In this document: positions 31,222-39,619 of the stretch, in pieces
Layout: every line of letters starts with the position of its first letter
Position numbering within the stretch: position 1 is the stretch's first letter
Source: a bacterium
GTDB taxonomy: Bacteria > SM23-31
Assembly: GCA_965249485.1 (NCBI GenBank)
Contig: OZ252239.1
Coordinates: forward strand, 288,001-352,000
DNA: 64,000 bases
Direction of reading: 5' to 3'
The notes under the pieces: generated by a model
What the model saw: the letters and a program-made list of their open reading frames with translations, nothing else
What the model was told of the DNA's origin: nothing
Database searches by the model: none
Translations under genes and position numbers: made by a program

Positions 31222-32769
31222 ATGTACGATTGGAGTACGTACCGGCGGACAGGTCGTATCCACTGTGTTATTCCGGCAAAGGCTAAGCCTTTTTTTATCC
31301 ACCTCATTTTTATAGCATCCATATGCGCGGGATCCGTGTTCCTTCCTGTTTTCGGAAATTTATACGGACAAACGCTTAAGTCTGTCAGCAACTTTGCTCC
31401 GCTGAAAGCTCTACGGCTTCAAAGCAACACCGTCACCGACATACGGTTCGACGGTCCCAATATCTGGCTCGGGACCGGAAGCGGTCTGACGGTTACGTCT
31501 GATGGAGGACAGACCTATACCTCTTTTGATGACCGTAGCGGTATGGCGCCAGGAAGTACCTCGGCGATTGCCCTCGGCAACTCTGTTATCTGGATCGCTG
31601 CGGCATTTGATACGGTTATTAACGATGAAACAATTTCTGCAGGGGGTGGATTAAGCTGGTCCGATGACGGTGGTGTGAACTGGAATTTTGTTGATCAACC
31701 GGTCGATCCAAATGACGAAGAAGGTCTCGGGTATAAGCCGACAACCACGATTGTACAGAATGTGACATTCGATATTGCTCTCGATGGCTCTTCTATCTGG
31801 ATAACAAGCTGGGGTGGCGGTCTCAGAAAATCCGAAGACAACGGCCTAACATGGGCTGTAGTGACTTCAGACGGTTTACAATTTGACGCACTTGGTAATT
31901 TGAATCACAGGACCTTTTCAGTTATTTCCGCCGCAAACGGCCTCTGGACTGGTACCGCACAAGGAATCAATAAATCTACGGACGGCGGGGAGACATGGAC
32001 CCATTATACAGCACAGAATGGCAGCGGCATTTCAGGAAACTTCATCACACAGCTCGCCGAACAGATAACCTCTGATGGGAGTATCATTTGGGCGGCAACC
32101 TGGAAAGCAGAGAGTGAAAATGAGTTTTATGCTGTTAGCCGGACAACAAATAACGGCTTGACCTGGGAAACAATGCTTGAAGGGGAATTCACTCATAATT
32201 TCGGTTTTGATGGAGATGCGGTTTATGTTGTGTCCGATAATGGTCTTTTCAAATCACCCGACCGAGGTAAAACGTGGGGATTTTTTCCTTCGATATCCAG
32301 TACTGCAGGTGAACGGATTTTGACAACAGAATATTTCGATGTCAAATCTAACAACGGAGTAATCTGGGTCGGCACGAATGACGGACTGGGTACTTCGATC
32401 GATAACGGACAGAGCTGGGACGTTTTCAGGGCATTTCCAATACCCGGTTCCGATGGTGAATCGGATGTCTATGCATACCCAAATCCTTTTTCTCCCCTGC
32501 GGCACAATAGAATCGGTGATGACGGGTATGTCCGAATTCAATACCGGACTCTCAACGATACAGAAGTGTTTCTCGATGTTTTTGATTTCGGAATGAATCC
32601 TGTAAAAAGTGTTGTGTCAAATAAAGCGCGGCCCCTTCCGGGTACATATACTGAGCTCTGGGACGGAACCAATACCTGGGGTGTGATAGTTGCGAATGGT
32701 GTCTATTTTTACCGATTGAAAGCGCGCGGACAAGCAACATTCTGGGGTAAAATTATAGTAATGAACTGA
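31222..32769 (+). CDS. Secreted BNR/Asp-box beta-propeller protein with FlgD-Ig/T9SS-like C-terminal domain (true start may be downstream)
   Basis: Repeated SxDGGxTW boxes; YAYPNPFSP...WDG...VANGVYFYRL. Confidence 0.8.
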   Translation: MYDWSTYRRTGRIHCVIPAKAKPFFIHLIFIASICAGSVFLPVFGNLYGQTLKSVSNFAPLKALRLQSNTVTDIRFDGPNIWLGTGSGLTVTSDGGQTYTSFDDRSGMAPGSTSAIALGNSVIWIAAAFDTVINDETISAGGGLSWSDDGGVNWNFVDQPVDPNDEEGLGYKPTTTIVQNVTFDIALDGSSIWITSWGGGLRKSEDNGLTWAVVTSDGLQFDALGNLNHRTFSVISAANGLWTGTAQGINKSTDGGETWTHYTAQNGSGISGNFITQLAEQITSDGSIIWAATWKAESENEFYAVSRTTNNGLTWETMLEGEFTHNFGFDGDAVYVVSDNGLFKSPDRGKTWGFFPSISSTAGERILTTEYFDVKSNNGVIWVGTNDGLGTSIDNGQSWDVFRAFPIPGSDGESDVYAYPNPFSPLRHNRIGDDGYVRIQYRTLNDTEVFLDVFDFGMNPVKSVVSNKARPLPGTYTELWDGTNTWGVIVANGVYFYRLKARGQATFWGKIIVMN

Positions 32770-32776
32770 TACATTA

Positions 32777-33940
32777 ATGATAAAAAAAATCAAAACATTT
32801 TATTCAATTTTATTGTTCGTTTCGGTGGTATTGTCAGCATGCAATAAAGACTCGCTTGTCTTGCCGCCGGGAGAAATTCCTTCTGAAGTCCAATCCGTCT
32901 CTGCTCCGGACACTGTCTGGACACAATCGGATTATGAAATTCCTGTAACTGTTACGGTTGAATCGTCAGGTAGTGATCTAATAGAGTTAAGCGGAGTTAT
33001 CCGGTTGGAAGAATCTTCAGATGAGCGAATATTCTTTAATCTCTATAACGATGGAACTCATGGAGATAACATTCCTGGTGACAAGGTCTATTCTTCGGTT
33101 ATTGTGAGTACTGAATTAGAATCATTAAATGGAGATGGAATTGTTGAAATATTGGAATCGGACAATTTGCTTTATTCACAGATGATTTTTTTTGCAGATG
33201 GAATTCTGAATACTCCGCCCGTATTAATTCTGGAGACAGCGCCCGATTCTCTCTCGATTACGTCAGGATCGGTTACGGTTATTACAGTTTCAGTGAACGA
33301 CAACGAGGGAGTCGATGATATTGCAATTATTATGGCAGACCTTTACTCGCCATTATCTCCGGTACCTACCGGATCGATTGATTTTCACGATGATGGTTCC
33401 GGAAACGATCTTGTCGGCGGGGACGGTGTTTTCACAGCCGATCTGTCTTCCGGCATTGGTGAGACAGCAGGACCAGGTGAATATACTTTACTGCTCAGTG
33501 CCGTTGACCGTGCCGGCAATAGAAGTAATGAGGTAATTCATCCAATAGTATTTACTACTGAAGCGGACAATTTGCCACCAGTGGTTAATAGTGTTGAAGC
33601 ACCCGACAGTATCGAAGCAGTGAACCGTCTCGCTGTGCTTCAAGCGACTGTAGATGATCCAAACGGTCTGCACAACATTGAGCATGTCATTTTCTTTTCA
33701 ATAAAACCCGATAAAACAGTTGCAAACAGTGGAAATCCGTTTTTCCTTTTTGATGACGGGAGCACCATATTCCATGGCGGCGTCCTCTCAGGTGATGCAG
33801 AAGAAGGCGACGGGATTTATACAATAACAATCATTGTACCGCCCGGGACAGTGAAGGGCGGATATATTTTCAAATTCCGTGCGGTTGATAAGAGCGGGCT
33901 TGAGAGCGAGTTTTTCGAGTGGCCAGTAGTTGTATTTTAA
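32777..33940 (+). CDS. Lipoprotein with three choice-of-anchor-X-like acidic repeats
   Basis: LSAC lipobox; LYNDGTHGD..GDKVYS / DDGSGND..GDGVFT / DDGS...GD...GDGIYT. Confidence 0.7.
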   Translation: MIKKIKTFYSILLFVSVVLSACNKDSLVLPPGEIPSEVQSVSAPDTVWTQSDYEIPVTVTVESSGSDLIELSGVIRLEESSDERIFFNLYNDGTHGDNIPGDKVYSSVIVSTELESLNGDGIVEILESDNLLYSQMIFFADGILNTPPVLILETAPDSLSITSGSVTVITVSVNDNEGVDDIAIIMADLYSPLSPVPTGSIDFHDDGSGNDLVGGDGVFTADLSSGIGETAGPGEYTLLLSAVDRAGNRSNEVIHPIVFTTEADNLPPVVNSVEAPDSIEAVNRLAVLQATVDDPNGLHNIEHVIFFSIKPDKTVANSGNPFFLFDDGSTIFHGGVLSGDAEEGDGIYTITIIVPPGTVKGGYIFKFRAVDKSGLESEFFEWPVVVF

Positions 33941-34077
33941 AAAAATATAATTTTGAGATTTTTTACACTTCGTCCCAGTCATTCTCTGGAACATTGGTCG
34001 AAATGATAAAATTTATTTCATGAATTCTTTTGTAGAATTGTTCTTGATCAAATTGTCCTAATTATTAAAGAATAAAT

Positions 34078-35016
34078 ATGATTCCACGATCAATTAAAAC
34101 AACATTCAGTATAGCAATTATATTGTTGAGTTTTTTTCCTGAAAACACCCTCAATGCTCAGGATCGTGGCGGATATACGGGCAGCTTTTTACGATTGGGT
34201 CTCGGAGCTCGTGCGCGTGCATTAGGTGGAGCATTTACTGCTATTCAGGGTGATGGCTATAGTGTCTATTACAATCCTGCAGGACTTCCCGATCTTCCGG
34301 GCAAAGAGGTAACACTTTCGTATAGAAATCTATCGCTTGATCGGACATTTATCTATACCGGTGTCGCTTCGAAAATTCCACCAACGGGGGGCATTGCGCT
34401 CGGCTGGCTCCACGCCGGTATCAACAATATCGATGGCAGAGACAGTAACGGAAACCGCACGCAGACATTTTCCGACAGCCAGAACGGATTTTTATTTGCT
34501 TTCGGAGTAAATGTTGCAGAAGGACTCAATATCGGTATGGGTGGTACTATTCTCCGGCAAAATGTGGTCGATATAACCGCAACCGGATTTGGACTTAATT
34601 TCGGGATTCTGTACAAGCCGCTCTCTTTTGTATCAATCGGCGCTGCTATCCGGGATATTAATGCGAAATTATCATGGAATTCGGAACCGTTATTCGACCG
34701 CGGGAGTACAACTTCAGATGCTTTTCCACAAGTATATACTGCCGGTGCAGGGATCGATATCAAACGGTACAACACATTGGTTTTGTTCGACATTTACAAA
34801 AATTCCAAAAGCGATCCCGGATTCCGATTTGGAATTGAGAGTAAGGCTCATGACACGCTTATGCTTAGGGCTGGTATGAATGACGGAGATTTAACCGCTG
34901 GATTCGGACTGAAAATACCTCTGATGCAAAGCGAAGGCTTCTTGAATTATGCATTTGAGATGAACGACCGTGACCCCGAATCACCGCAAATCATATCATT
35001 CAGTGTAGTGTTTTAA
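34078..35016 (+). CDS. PorV/PorQ-family outer-membrane beta-barrel
   Basis: FLRLGLGARARALGGA, YYNPAGL, terminal Phe. Confidence 0.8.
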   Translation: MIPRSIKTTFSIAIILLSFFPENTLNAQDRGGYTGSFLRLGLGARARALGGAFTAIQGDGYSVYYNPAGLPDLPGKEVTLSYRNLSLDRTFIYTGVASKIPPTGGIALGWLHAGINNIDGRDSNGNRTQTFSDSQNGFLFAFGVNVAEGLNIGMGGTILRQNVVDITATGFGLNFGILYKPLSFVSIGAAIRDINAKLSWNSEPLFDRGSTTSDAFPQVYTAGAGIDIKRYNTLVLFDIYKNSKSDPGFRFGIESKAHDTLMLRAGMNDGDLTAGFGLKIPLMQSEGFLNYAFEMNDRDPESPQIISFSVVF

Positions 35017-35040
35017 TACAATAATTGATAAATAGAACAG

Positions 35041-36015
35041 TTGACAGAAGAAGAAAGAAGACACAAAATGGATTATCTTATTCAGAGAATAAATCGTACA
35101 CCTTTCTTGTTTATACTTATTATCTTGAGCAGTTTCTTGTTGAGCAGTCCAAAGGACATGCATGCAGGAGAAGGACCTCCGGGTTTATCATTTCTACGAT
35201 TAGAGATGGATGCTAGAGGGAGCGCTCTTGCGGGAGCAATGACCGCAAGCGGTACAGGAATTAATTCACTTCAATGGAACCCGGCTGGATTAGCCGGTAC
35301 CAGTGAACAGGAAGTTCTGTTTTCACATTTACAGGGATTTGCGGACACTAACAGCGAGTTTATAGCACTCCTTCTCAGAAAAGGGAGCAAACACACAATT
35401 GCGGTGAGCGTATTCTCAAATAATATCGACGGTATTGAGCAACGATCCGGTCCGACAGTAACACCAAACGGTACCATAACAGCACACGATTTCTATACCG
35501 GACTAACGTATGCGTATACCTACAGTGAAAAACTGCATATCGGTGCATCGGCGAAATATCTATTTCAGAAGCTCTTCTTCGATTCCGCTACCGGATTTGC
35601 AGGAGATATTGGCGTTAGGTATATTATGCCTGATAACCATCTGAATTTCGGAATCGCTCTGAAAAATGCGGGGAGCATGGATGCGTTCATACAGGAAAAA
35701 CCGACTATGCCAACGCTGCTCCGTGGTGGCGCCGCATATACAATTCCCCGGATCTCGCACTATAATATATCTCTGACGGTTTCATCGGAATATGAGATAG
35801 TGTTCGACGGCGACAACTTCAGTCGCTTCGGAATTGAATACCGTTACAACGACAGATACAGTTTGCGTACAGGATACCTTACCGGTTTTGAGGAGCGTAG
35901 TTGGACGATCGGTGCCGGAATCGCCGTCCGGCGATTCGGATTCGATTATGCGTATATTCCTGACGTTACTTCATTCGGAAATCAGCACATTTATTCACTG
36001 CAGTTAAAAATATAA
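35041..36015 (+). CDS. PorV/PorQ-family outer-membrane beta-barrel (second copy; start may be ATG 35068)
   Basis: FLRLEMDARGSALAGA, WNPAGL, FDYAY. Confidence 0.8.
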   Translation: MTEEERRHKMDYLIQRINRTPFLFILIILSSFLLSSPKDMHAGEGPPGLSFLRLEMDARGSALAGAMTASGTGINSLQWNPAGLAGTSEQEVLFSHLQGFADTNSEFIALLLRKGSKHTIAVSVFSNNIDGIEQRSGPTVTPNGTITAHDFYTGLTYAYTYSEKLHIGASAKYLFQKLFFDSATGFAGDIGVRYIMPDNHLNFGIALKNAGSMDAFIQEKPTMPTLLRGGAAYTIPRISHYNISLTVSSEYEIVFDGDNFSRFGIEYRYNDRYSLRTGYLTGFEERSWTIGAGIAVRRFGFDYAYIPDVTSFGNQHIYSLQLKI

Positions 36016-36040
36016 CAGTTCGGAAAGTTCTGCACAAATG

Positions 36041-36071
36041 AAAAACGGAACCCTCAGGTGAGTTCCGTTTT
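36041..36071. terminator. Bidirectional rho-independent terminator
   Basis: AAAAACGGAAC-loop-GTTCCGTTTTT between convergent genes. Confidence 0.8.
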
Positions 36072-36093
36072 ATAAAATTGTATGGTGGAAAGA

Positions 36094-36243
36094 TTACTTT
36101 GAGGAAAGTATTTTATACATTCCTGTGCCACATACGGAACAGACACCCTTCATTGCAGGACGACCGTTTTTCATAGAAACCTGCTTAGCGTCTTTCATGT
36201 CTCGTTTGCTTTTACACTTTACACAATATCCAGATTCTGCCAA
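36094..36243 (-). CDS. 49-aa basic CxxC...CxxC protein (DUF5679-like), missed by the ORF track
   Basis: GGAGG RBS, TTG start; MAESGYCVKCKSKRDMKDAKQVSMKNGRPAMKGVCSVCGTGMYKILSSK; terminator follows. Confidence 0.85.
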   Translation of the reverse strand: MAESGYCVKCKSKRDMKDAKQVSMKNGRPAMKGVCSVCGTGMYKILSSK

Positions 36244-36344
36244 AACACTCACCTCCTCTATTTATTAAAGCATTATGATATGGTTGATTTAAGCTCAAAC
36301 AGTGTACAAATTAAAAAATCAAATGTCAATAAAAAAAATATTTC

Positions 36345-37109
36345 CTACCCATTATTCATTAAATCATTTGAAGTGAAATATCCTTTTTCAGGAAACATAC
36401 TCAGCATAGAGAGAAATATTTTCGCGCAGGTTGCTGCGTCACTTCCGGCGCGATGCGGATGTATATTAATGACTCCAAAATGGCGCGCGAGTTTTTTGAG
36501 ACTGTGCTTATTCAGTTCGGGGAGTATGCGACGGCCGAGTTTACATGTGCAAAGAACACCGTTCCGCATAGGAAAATGTCCCCATTCTTTAAGTGCCGAA
36601 TTGATAAACCCGACGTCAAAGGAGGCATTGTGAGCAATAAGAGTGCTGTCTTCAATAAAATCAAGAAATTTTGGCAATACCTCTTGCATTGTAGGAGAGT
36701 TTTCGACCATTTCTAAAACGATGCAGGTAAGACGGCTCACATCGTAGGGAATATATCGTCCTGGATTGACAAGTGTTTCGAAGGTATCGATAATGCTTCC
36801 ATTTCTGATTTTTATAGCACCCAGTTCGGTAATTTTATCCTTTTTTGTATGTATACCGGTAGTTTCCAGATCAAATGCTACGTATGTAGCTTGAAACAGG
36901 TCTTTAAATTGTACGCCTTCCCGGGATAGAACTAGTTTATTTTCTTTTGTGACATCAAATCGTTTATCAGTAGAAATAGCGGAACGGAGCAATTTCTGCA
37001 CATAATCTTCCGAGCCGGAACTCACCTTGAATATATCGGAAGCAACAGAATCGAGTGCGATTCCATCTGTGTAAGTCGAGACTGTCTGAAAAAGTCGATT
37101 TTCGAGCAT
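36345..37109 (-). CDS. DEDDh 3'-5' exonuclease (DnaQ/PolC-exo-like)
   Basis: FDLETTG, AHNASFD, HRAGSDA. Confidence 0.9.
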   Translation of the reverse strand: MLENRLFQTVSTYTDGIALDSVASDIFKVSSGSEDYVQKLLRSAISTDKRFDVTKENKLVLSREGVQFKDLFQATYVAFDLETTGIHTKKDKITELGAIKIRNGSIIDTFETLVNPGRYIPYDVSRLTCIVLEMVENSPTMQEVLPKFLDFIEDSTLIAHNASFDVGFINSALKEWGHFPMRNGVLCTCKLGRRILPELNKHSLKKLARHFGVINIHPHRAGSDAATCAKIFLSMLSMFPEKGYFTSNDLMNNG

Positions 37110-37350
37110 TATTATTTGCTGTGTTTTTTTCTATGTATTACAGTCTGTATAAGTACAAAAGAGAGGTTGCCATTTTGCTTCACACCTCACTAATAATGAT
37201 AGTAAGATTCTATAAACGCACAATATGTCATTTCGACCGATATCTTGATTTGAAATCGTATCGAGAAAGAGTGGCAAAATCTCTACCTTATCTATTCGAT
37301 AACGTTTAAACACGTGTATAAAAATTATACAAAGTAATAAATGTTTTCTG

Positions 37351-38169
37351 CTACCACGAATTTCTCGGTATTTGAATAATTGCTTCCGACAACTCCTGAT
37401 GAATCGCTCCGTTTGTTGCAAGCAGATCAAATGAATCGATTGAGTAAGAATCACCAGAAAAGGTGGAAAGCGTTCCTCCAGCCTCTTCGATCAGGAGAAT
37501 ACCGGCTGCAACATCCCATGGATGGAGTTTCAACTCCCAGAATCCGTCAAATCTGCCTGCTGCCACATAGGCGAGATCAAGAGCTGCAGAACCGTCCCGA
37601 CGCACAGCCTGTGCTTTCATGATAAGATGATTAAAAAGGCCAACATTGTTAATACCGCCTTCGCGGATGTCATAAGGAAATCCGGTTACAAGAAGAGATC
37701 TGTCAAGTATTTGTGTTTTCGAAACAGATATTCGTTCCCGGTTTCGGAAAGCCCCTTTCCCCTTCACGGCGGTAAAGAGTTCGCTCGTGCATGGATCAAA
37801 TACAACACCGACCCTAATTGTGCCCTCTATCATCAGTCCAATAGAAACACAAAAACAGGGATATCCATGAGCAAAATTTGTAGTCCCATCCAACGGATCG
37901 ATTATCCAAAGATACTGTTTGTTATAGTCTGGTTGATCGTCAGATTCTTCTGCAAGAAAATCGTGATTTGGAAATGCTGATGTAAGTATTTCGAGAATAC
38001 ACTCCTGCGACTCTTTGTCCGCCTCGGTAACGAGATCTATTGTTCCTTTAAATTCTACAGTAATCGTCTTTGATAGTTTAGTCAGAAGGAGTGTTCCGGC
38101 TATTTGTGCGGCTTCAACTGCTTTTTCGAGATATGTGTCGAGGTCAATATTCGAGATGTGGTGATTCAA
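37351..38169 (-). CDS. suhB: Inositol monophosphatase family protein
   Basis: WIIDPLDGTTNF, GSAALDL, WDVAAG. Confidence 0.92.
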   Translation of the reverse strand: MNHHISNIDLDTYLEKAVEAAQIAGTLLLTKLSKTITVEFKGTIDLVTEADKESQECILEILTSAFPNHDFLAEESDDQPDYNKQYLWIIDPLDGTTNFAHGYPCFCVSIGLMIEGTIRVGVVFDPCTSELFTAVKGKGAFRNRERISVSKTQILDRSLLVTGFPYDIREGGINNVGLFNHLIMKAQAVRRDGSAALDLAYVAAGRFDGFWELKLHPWDVAAGILLIEEAGGTLSTFSGDSYSIDSFDLLATNGAIHQELSEAIIQIPRNSW

Positions 38170-38187
38170 AAGTCTTTTACCTTGCTG

Positions 38188-38775
38188 TTAGTCCTGAAAG
38201 AGCTCCCGCTCGATAATATCGCAAATTATGTGACCTACGGTTATATGTCCTTCCTGAATGCGACCGGTGTCATTGTGAGGAATGATAATAGCTATATTTC
38301 CTAAATTTGCCATAGCACCACCATCGCCTCCGCTGAAGCAGATCCTCTTCATGTTAAGCTGTTCTGCTATTTTGAGAGCCTGTACGACATTTTCTGAATT
38401 TCCGGACGTTGAAATACCGATCAGAAGATCACCCGGCTTGCCAAATGCTTCTACCTGGCGCGAAAAGATCGAATCGAAACCGTAATCATTTGCGCATGCC
38501 GTCAGCGTCGAAGAATTTACAGTAAGCGCTAAGGCAGGCAGTGCTTTTCTATTCACCCGGGATGAGAGACGCACTACCAGTTCGGTTGCAATATGTTGTG
38601 CATCGGCAGCACTCCCACCATTACCGCAGAGAAGTAGTTTACCACCACTGTGTAATGTTTCTGCACAGATGAGACCGGCCTCCTCGATTTCATCGAAGCA
38701 CTGTTCCGCAGTTTTCTCTTTGACTTCGGCGCTTGTCTTAAGATAGATTTGAATAAGCTCTTTATATTTTGTCAT
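38188..38775 (-). CDS. gmhA: Phosphoheptose isomerase
   Basis: CGNGGSAADAQH, NDYG, STSGNS, IQEGH. Confidence 0.92.
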   Translation of the reverse strand: MTKYKELIQIYLKTSAEVKEKTAEQCFDEIEEAGLICAETLHSGGKLLLCGNGGSAADAQHIATELVVRLSSRVNRKALPALALTVNSSTLTACANDYGFDSIFSRQVEAFGKPGDLLIGISTSGNSENVVQALKIAEQLNMKRICFSGGDGGAMANLGNIAIIIPHNDTGRIQEGHITVGHIICDIIERELFQD

Positions 38776-38790
38776 ATAATTCTCTCTGGG

Positions 38791-39546
38791 TCAACTCGTG
38801 CATTCTTTGTGGTGTATTGCATCCGAAAACTGCCGGATTCGGCCTTCATCCCAATTATTTTCAAGAGCATTTCCAATAACGATAATATCCGCACCTGCCT
38901 CTACTTTTTCTTGTGCAACACTGGGTTCGGTTATCCCACCACCCACTATTATCGGAAGGCCGCAGTTGTTTTTGACAGAGTGAATCATCTCATTCGGGAC
39001 TGTGCTTGATGCGCCCGAACCAGCTTCGAGATAGACCATTTTCATACCTAAATATTGTGCAGCAAGCGCATGAGCAACTGCAATATCTGGTTTGTTACGC
39101 GGTATCGGACGGGTATCGCTTATATATTCTGTAGTAGATATACTACCCGATTCTATTAGCATGTATCCCGTTCCAATTGGTTCAATATTGTTCTCTTTGA
39201 TCACGGGAGCTGCTACAACGTGATCACCAAAGAGAAAATTTGAATTGCGACCGCTTATCAGCGAAATAAATAGAATAGCATCAGCATAGTGAGAGACCTG
39301 TTTCGGGCTTCCCGGAAACAACACAACCGGGAGGTCGGTATTAGACTTAACCAGTTTGACCGTATCTTCAAATATATCATTGAGAAGAAGACTCGCTCCA
39401 ACTAACAGAAAATCAACCTGCAGTTCTTTACTGTTCCGGACAAACAGACGGAGTTTCTCAGAATCGGCCTTGTCGGGATCAATTAACACAGCAAGCAGTG
39501 CTCCCCGTCGAACAATCGACTCAATGAGATTTCTATAAACGGTCAT
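38791..39546 (-). CDS. Geranylgeranylglyceryl/heptaprenylglyceryl phosphate synthase (group II GGGPS-like)
   Basis: LIDPDK, LFPG, YLEAGSGA, VGGGI, IGN. Confidence 0.9.
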   Translation of the reverse strand: MTVYRNLIESIVRRGALLAVLIDPDKADSEKLRLFVRNSKELQVDFLLVGASLLLNDIFEDTVKLVKSNTDLPVVLFPGSPKQVSHYADAILFISLISGRNSNFLFGDHVVAAPVIKENNIEPIGTGYMLIESGSISTTEYISDTRPIPRNKPDIAVAHALAAQYLGMKMVYLEAGSGASSTVPNEMIHSVKNNCGLPIIVGGGITEPSVAQEKVEAGADIIVIGNALENNWDEGRIRQFSDAIHHKECTS

Positions 39547-39619
39547 GTATATTTCCGTTATTATACATTCAGGTCAAAAAACGTTCAATAAAAAAATGCT
39601 GTGATGCAAAATAGCTCTA

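Noticed and set aside
38776..38793. GGGPS TGA in frame with gmhA (likewise the cyclase TGA at 62574 in frame with the deacetylase fragment) as readthrough fusions
   Set aside because: Upstream domains are complete, downstream genes have their own ATG, and in-frame spacing arises by chance one time in three
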